A stretch of DNA of 64,000 bases from contig JANXZK010000002.1 in the NCBI GenBank assembly GCA_025355565.1, positions 15,238 to 79,237 on the forward strand, written 5' to 3'. Positions within the stretch are counted from its first letter, which is position 1. Every line of letters begins with the position of its first letter. Below the pieces are notes generated by a model. It searched no databases, was not told where the DNA came from, and saw only the letters and a program-made list of their open reading frames with translations. This DNA comes from a bacterium. GTDB taxonomy: Bacteria; Patescibacteriota; Minisyncoccia; Phycocordibacterales; PALSA-1337. A program made the translations under genes and the position numbers. This document shows, piece after piece, positions 59,319 to 64,000 of this stretch.

Positions 59319-59672
59319 CTACATCTGCGGCATAGCCGAAGGAGCAGCTGATCCCCCCTTCTTTCCAGAAAAACCCAAGATAGCCATGACGAGACCGAGG
59401 ATGAGGTACAACCAGCCAGATGCGCTGTCACCGAGTGTGGCGACACTGAGAAGCGACAAAATGAAGAAGATGACATAGATGATGCCGACGGTCTTCAACA
59501 TACTGACAGCTGATCTTCCCGCTGTTGCCAAGAGTACGATACCAACAATGATATGAACGATACTAGCGACTGTAGTAAAACCAAATACACCGAGAACAGG
59601 TGAAGCAACGAGACCCCACACGCCGGCGATAAGGAAGATGATTCCAAATACGATAGCTGATGTTTTTGCCAT
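59319..59672 (-). CDS. Small four-TM membrane protein (DUF4383-like)
   Basis: A.VFG.IF...G..G, IVH..VG, WL.L.LG pattern; start ATG 59672. Confidence 0.6.
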   Translation of the reverse strand: MAKTSAIVFGIIFLIAGVWGLVASPVLGVFGFTTVASIVHIIVGIVLLATAGRSAVSMLKTVGIIYVIFFILSLLSVATLGDSASGWLYLILGLVMAILGFSGKKGGSAAPSAMPQM

Positions 59673-59790
59673 GTTAAATATATTTATTAATGATTGATAA
59701 TGTTTGACCAATATAATTGTACCACACCCAGATACGCAGATTATACCATGCGCGGCTACAGATCAAAGATGAAAACCGAAAATAATCTTG

Positions 59791-59862
59791 TCCCCTCGGT
59801 TGGAATCGAACCAACATCAACGGCTTAGAAGTCCGCTGTTCTATCCATTGAACTACGAGGGG
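59791..59862 (-). tRNA. tRNA-Arg(TCT)
   Basis: CCCCTCG/CGAGGGG acceptor, GTTC/GAAC D arm, CTTCTAA anticodon loop, GTTGG-TTCGATT-CCAAC T arm. Confidence 0.92.
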
Positions 59863-60137
59863 GCTAGCGGTATATTAGCATTTATTATCGAACTTTGTTT
59901 AGAGACGCGCAGATCGAGCACCTTTATAGCATTCTCCAGTGAATTCTGGTCAAAAGGCAATCTACCGTTGTCCCTCACCTCTGGAACGATAGATATAGCA
60001 GAGTCGACACGATGATACGAACTCACTCCTACGATGATGAGCGTGATAGCGACGACGCAGGTCACGACACTGATGATCACCCAGTCTTTGAATGGATCCC
60101 TACCCATATAATGGATATTTGTCTTTAATTTGCTCAT
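59853..60137 (-). CDS. Small single-TM protein at the end of the pilMNO operon
   Basis: One TM; 4-bp overlap with the upstream gene; start ATG 60137. Confidence 0.55.
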   Translation of the reverse strand: MSKLKTNIHYMGRDPFKDWVIISVVTCVVAITLIIVGVSSYHRVDSAISIVPEVRDNGRLPFDQNSLENAIKVLDLRVSKQSSIINANIPLAPS

Positions 60138-60679
60138 ATTGATTTTATTGCACTGATATCGAACGACGCTGTCCACTCCGTATGCTGCTTACTCCCCTCG
60201 CTAGTCGTGAGGTCCATCCGAACATTGCTGATCGTCGTTTTGTACGGCAGATTCTCGGCTAACTGGAGAATCTTGAACACCGATCCCCATGATCCGCGCG
60301 CAGTCACTTTTGCATTGACATAGCCGTTCTTCGCCAAACTGCCATCGCCAGGTATCGTGCTATCGATCGATGCCACAGTAACCTGTCCACCAGCCCGTGG
60401 TCCCAGAGACTCGAGGGTTTCGATGAAAGGAACCACATTGTTGACTGGAACAAATGCCGAATACAACCTTTCCCATTCTGCAGAAGAATCCGCGTTCAAC
60501 TTCTTCAATAGTTCATCCTTGCTGTTTTTTGATTGCAGACTGGCGACCTCCTCTCTCGCACTGATGACCGCATCAGTCATGCTATGAACGGAACTGCTCA
60601 CATAGAAATACAGCGACACTACAAACAATGTGACCATGATCGAGAGCGATATGAGCAAATGATGGTGTGTATGCTTCAT
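60134..60679 (-). CDS. PilO-like type IV pilus alignment protein
   Basis: TM plus coiled coil plus GSW..V...L...ENLPY fold; position after pilM/pilN. Confidence 0.65.
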   Translation of the reverse strand: MKHTHHHLLISLSIMVTLFVVSLYFYVSSSVHSMTDAVISAREEVASLQSKNSKDELLKKLNADSSAEWERLYSAFVPVNNVVPFIETLESLGPRAGGQVTVASIDSTIPGDGSLAKNGYVNAKVTARGSWGSVFKILQLAENLPYKTTISNVRMDLTTSEGSKQHTEWTASFDISAIKSI

Positions 60680-61224
60680 GGCACTATTTCATTTGTTATG
60701 GTCAATGAAAAATCCAGATCCTTACTCTTCGCTAGCTCCGATACGGGCAGATTAACCGTATTGCCTTTCATGGCCGACTCCAATCTGCCTTTATAGGCAA
60801 CCAGAGAATCTCGAGTCGGCGCGATCCCTCGCACGACCATGACGACCGTCGTCGTCCCGGTTCTCGATGTGCCGATCGAGGTTAGCTCGACTCCTCCACG
60901 CGTGGTTATCACATCTTCTATGAGCGTCGAGAAATCTGTCTCTCCACCCGATCTGTCGTTGAAGAGGGTGAGGGTGTTCGATCGTTTCACGATCTCCTTA
61001 CCATCATCAACTCCTGGATTTACTTTGTTGATATTTTTTATTTCAGAGAGCGATCTTTCTACTGTCTCCTTCTCCACCATAACATATACAAATGATGGTA
61101 ACAGGGAAACGATACCGATGACCCCGGCTATAGAAAACATGAGCAGAAATACGATACCGGCACGCATATGATACTCATGATACAGCGATTTCCTCAAAGT
61201 TGTTGGTAGGAGTGTGTGACGCAT
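60676..61224 (-). CDS. PilN-like type IV pilus alignment protein
   Basis: N-terminal LLP motif, TM, G.APTRDSL; follows pilM. Confidence 0.65.
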   Translation of the reverse strand: MRHTLLPTTLRKSLYHEYHMRAGIVFLLMFSIAGVIGIVSLLPSFVYVMVEKETVERSLSEIKNINKVNPGVDDGKEIVKRSNTLTLFNDRSGGETDFSTLIEDVITTRGGVELTSIGTSRTGTTTVVMVVRGIAPTRDSLVAYKGRLESAMKGNTVNLPVSELAKSKDLDFSLTITNEIVP

Positions 61225-61228
61225 GATG

Positions 61229-62155
61229 TTATGAATCCAAAGCCAAACCCGCGACGATCACATAATCCATCGACTCTTGCCTAGACAACGGTGGAATATA
61301 TGAATCTATATCAAAAGCATTTTGCCACGTGTTCGCGACGCTAACAGGACAATTTGTAGCAAAGATCGAATCTAGCTGTTTAGTTTCATATTGAATGGCG
61401 CCAGTCCCAGTCAAAATGACCTTGTTGATCATAGCATCCGTCTTGGACTTCCAATATTCGATGGTATGCTTGACCTCCTCCGCTAGAGTCACATTGTTAG
61501 CCGCCGTCGAAGTAAAGCAGATGACTCCTCCAGAAACGACGTATAGTCCTGTCTTGTTTTTCATTAGATGCACGATGAGAGAGGTTTTGTCCGCCTGATT
61601 GTCGATAGCGGCACGCGCGATGGATTTTGGTGCCACTTCGAAAGTGACCGGCTGAAGGCCCAGACTCTGCAGAAACTCGATCTGCTTGTCGATATAAGTC
61701 TTCGGGACCACAGACACGCTGGCACGAAGCACGCCACCGGAAGCGGCGAGCGGCATCAAGTCGAAATAGAAGACTGCGTCTTTGGCTGACAATGGTACAT
61801 TTTCCTCTAACTTGAATTCGATATTTTGCGCGATGTTGGCGACCGAATCGCCAATTACATCCGTCTGGAATAGGTATGCTTTCTCTTCCGGAACGGATAC
61901 GGCGACATAGGATAGATCATTTTTCTCGATAAATGTCTTCAGAGTGTCTCTCAATACCTTCTCATCTTTCACATCGCCCCCGTGGACCGTGCCTACGGGC
62001 AGATCTATCGATGCGAATCTATCTATCACATGTCCATGGGTAGTCGACGCGTATTCCAGACAGCGTATCGCGTCATCGGAAATCTCCAAGCCAGCGAATC
62101 TCACGCTCATGAATCTCGGTGGAGGGAAAAGTTTGAAGAACAGAGACTGGTGCAT
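61229..62155 (-). CDS. pilM: Type IV pilus assembly protein PilM
   Basis: GLEISD..IR, LP.G....G, VILTGTGA, C-terminal AGLAL actin-like pattern. Confidence 0.8.
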   Translation of the reverse strand: MHQSLFFKLFPPPRFMSVRFAGLEISDDAIRCLEYASTTHGHVIDRFASIDLPVGTVHGGDVKDEKVLRDTLKTFIEKNDLSYVAVSVPEEKAYLFQTDVIGDSVANIAQNIEFKLEENVPLSAKDAVFYFDLMPLAASGGVLRASVSVVPKTYIDKQIEFLQSLGLQPVTFEVAPKSIARAAIDNQADKTSLIVHLMKNKTGLYVVSGGVICFTSTAANNVTLAEEVKHTIEYWKSKTDAMINKVILTGTGAIQYETKQLDSIFATNCPVSVANTWQNAFDIDSYIPPLSRQESMDYVIVAGLALDS

Positions 62156-62162
62156 GGGTATA

Positions 62163-62771
62163 TTATAGCATTTTCATAGACTCTTTTATCAACTTATAAA
62201 TCCCAGGCGCCGCAGAAACAATGACGATAACCAATACGAGAGGAATTATATACTTGTCCGGATTTGGGACGATCGATCCAAAGACATAACCGATGAGCAG
62301 CATCGTCCACGTCCAGAAAAATCCGCCGATCACATTGAATGAGAGAAACGTGCGGTACTTCATCTTCCCTATCCCCGCAACGATCGGCGCGAATGTTCTG
62401 ATGACCGGCATGAATCTAGCCAGGATGATCGTTATTCCGCCATGCTTCTCGTAGAATTCTTGTGCACGGAGCAAATATTTCCTGTTGAAGAACCGCGACT
62501 CTTCTTTTGTGAATATCGACGGTCCGACTTTCTTGCCAAATGCGTAACCGGTACTATCCCCTAGAACTGCGGCGACGAATGTAGAGATGAGCAGAGCAGT
62601 GATCGGTAGATGTCCTTGTGAAGCGAAAAAACCAGCAGTTACCAACAATGAATCCCCTGGAAGGAAAAAACCAAAAAATGCTCCCGTCTCTAGATATATG
62701 ATGGCGATCACTCCCACAAAACCGAGTGTGGAAATCAAATACTCTGGATTTATAAGATCGATGAGATTCAT
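62163..62771 (-). CDS. DedA-family membrane protein
   Basis: ETG..FGFFLPGDSLL..AG, GD..GY..G, ARF.P..RTFAP..AG. Confidence 0.92.
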   Translation of the reverse strand: MNLIDLINPEYLISTLGFVGVIAIIYLETGAFFGFFLPGDSLLVTAGFFASQGHLPITALLISTFVAAVLGDSTGYAFGKKVGPSIFTKEESRFFNRKYLLRAQEFYEKHGGITIILARFMPVIRTFAPIVAGIGKMKYRTFLSFNVIGGFFWTWTMLLIGYVFGSIVPNPDKYIIPLVLVIVIVSAAPGIYKLIKESMKML

Positions 62772-62815
62772 TGTTTGTTTATTTAAATTGAAATGATCCA
62801 CACACGGCGTGTGGT

Positions 62816-63013
62816 CTACGCAGCCACTGTTCCCGGTGGGATCGTCTCATTCGGTTCAAGCAATGAAAATGCTCCACCAGGAGTTGAAACAGCGAACAAC
62901 ATTCCGTTACTTTCTAGACCTTTGATATTTCTCGGCTCGAGATTGGTCACGAACATGCAGATCTTGCCTGCCTTTATTTCGATCTTCTTAAATTCGTCGT
63001 AAGTTATAGACAT
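62816..63013 (-). pseudogene. Trbp111/CsaA-like tRNA-binding protein with internal in-frame deletion
   Basis: N-terminal ITYDEFKKIEIKAGKI joined directly to FVTNLEPR.IKGLESNGML; only 65 aa. Confidence 0.6.
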
Positions 63014-63082
63014 ATTTGTTGTTGATGTTAAATGTTTGATCGTTAATCATCGATCATATCGGGTTTAAATCAATTGGATCAA

Positions 63083-63478
63083 TTAAATATTCTCCGTTTC
63101 ATGTTTCTTCCGGTCCAGATAGCTCTGAAGTATGATGGCCGCGGCTGACGCGTCTGTGAGAGCTCCCTTTCCCTGCCATCTCTCCGCTTGCACACTCGTC
63201 ATGAACTCCAATTCCAGATAAACCTTGAAGCCTCTTTCCTCCAATCGCTTTTTAAATTCCATGCTATCGAGCAAGATCTCATTTGGTTCGCCTTTGTAAT
63301 TCCTAGACTCCCCCATGACGATCTCTCTGGATTCGTTGTCTGTGGCGATCTTCTCTATCTCCGAAAGCAACGTCGGTGTGTTAGAGACCACCGATACCGG
63401 CAAAGCAAATTGGCCATTCGGGTCTGAAACCGCGACACCAACCCTCTTTGATCCGTAGTCAATGCCGAGTATTCGCAT
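63083..63478 (-). CDS. ruvX: YqgF/RuvX nuclease
   Basis: LGIDYGSKRVGVAVSD, E.MTS, DASAAAIILQSYLD. Confidence 0.92.
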   Translation of the reverse strand: MRILGIDYGSKRVGVAVSDPNGQFALPVSVVSNTPTLLSEIEKIATDNESREIVMGESRNYKGEPNEILLDSMEFKKRLEERGFKVYLELEFMTSVQAERWQGKGALTDASAAAIILQSYLDRKKHETENI

Positions 63479-63520
63479 AAGTAAAGCATATCATGATAAA
63501 GAAAATGGTATAATAGAAGC

Positions 63521-64000
63521 ATGCCTGAGCAGTCTACAGAAAAAAGAGTGAAATTTAATAAGGGCGACCAGGCCGAGTTTTTGGCATCTATAATGAAAAA
63601 AAACAATATAACAACCGAAACACTGGCCGCTATAGCGAAAGTCAGCGTGAGACAAATCTCTCGATGGGTAACTGGAAAATATTCCCTTCCACTTTCTGTC
63701 GTTACAACATTATCGAAGAAATCTGGCTCTACGATACCTAGAAACATAACGATATTCGATCGATATTCTCACACCCATACGGCTGGTCGCAAAGGTGGAC
63801 GAGCAACGATGAAATTGTACGGGGTAGTACCAGGGTCAGAGACAAACCGACTATCTGCCTGGAATAAATGGTGGATATCTTCAGGAAAGGCAAAGGTCAT
63901 CAAAGCCTCGAAGAAGCATGTCACTCTACCAAATGCTTCCAGCGGACTCGCCGAATTTACTGGCATCATGATGGGAGATGGTGGTTTATCTAGACATCAG
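63521..64000 (+). CDS. XRE-like HTH plus LAGLIDADG endonuclease-like protein, runs off window edge
   Basis: Manual translation: TLAAIAKVSVRQISRW HTH, then LAEFTGIMMGDGGL; TGGTATAAT 6 nt before the ATG. Confidence 0.75.
   Translation, partial: MPEQSTEKRVKFNKGDQAEFLASIMKKNNITTETLAAIAKVSVRQISRWVTGKYSLPLSVVTTLSKKSGSTIPRNITIFDRYSHTHTAGRKGGRATMKLYGVVPGSETNRLSAWNKWWISSGKAKVIKASKKHVTLPNASSGLAEFTGIMMGDGGLSRHQ

Noticed and set aside
1-64000. CRISPR array, rRNA, IS element or prophage
   Set aside because: No regularly spaced repeat-spacer array, rRNA signature, transposase, integrase or phage structural gene was seen.

Overview
A 64 kb chromosomal segment that looks like a Patescibacteria/CPR (Parcubacteria-like) genome. 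This is inferred from gene content: alpha2-type GlyRS, IleRS2 with an inserted phosphatase domain, stand-alone SWIB, PilMNO, PG-binding surface proteins and scattered Fic/AAA-DUF4143/NYN genes; genetic code 11. In order it holds a surface-glycan/S-layer-like locus (wzt, wzm, O-antigen-ligase-like gene, three PG-binding proteins), ftsK-recA, efp, rpsF-ssb-rpsR, four aminoacyl-tRNA synthetases, a folate/thymidylate cluster, secE-nusG-rplK, folD, dsbA-VKOR, rnr, rplS, two tRNAs, pilMNO, ruvX and a truncated HTH-LAGLIDADG gene. The best candidate for an undescribed system is the thymidylate cluster (38.5-42.7 kb). Its ThyA homologue has Asp where dUMP-specific enzymes have Asn (E. coli N177) and lacks the His after the catalytic Cys. 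The co-operonic Dcd homologue lacks the catalytic Glu, and a dCMP-deaminase-like gene and tmk lie divergently. Together these suggest a methylate-first route, dCTP > dCMP > 5-methyl-dCMP > dTMP, that bypasses dUMP. Other highlights: a consensus promoter driving a candidate antisense hairpin RNA over the 3' end of an NYN RNase gene, a metG frameshift of exactly one heptamer repeat unit, dispersed 7-bp-periodic arrays inside genes, a structured element behind tRNA-Val, and a gene whose stop codon lies inside tRNA-Arg. All functional calls come from motif reading by eye; no database searches were run.
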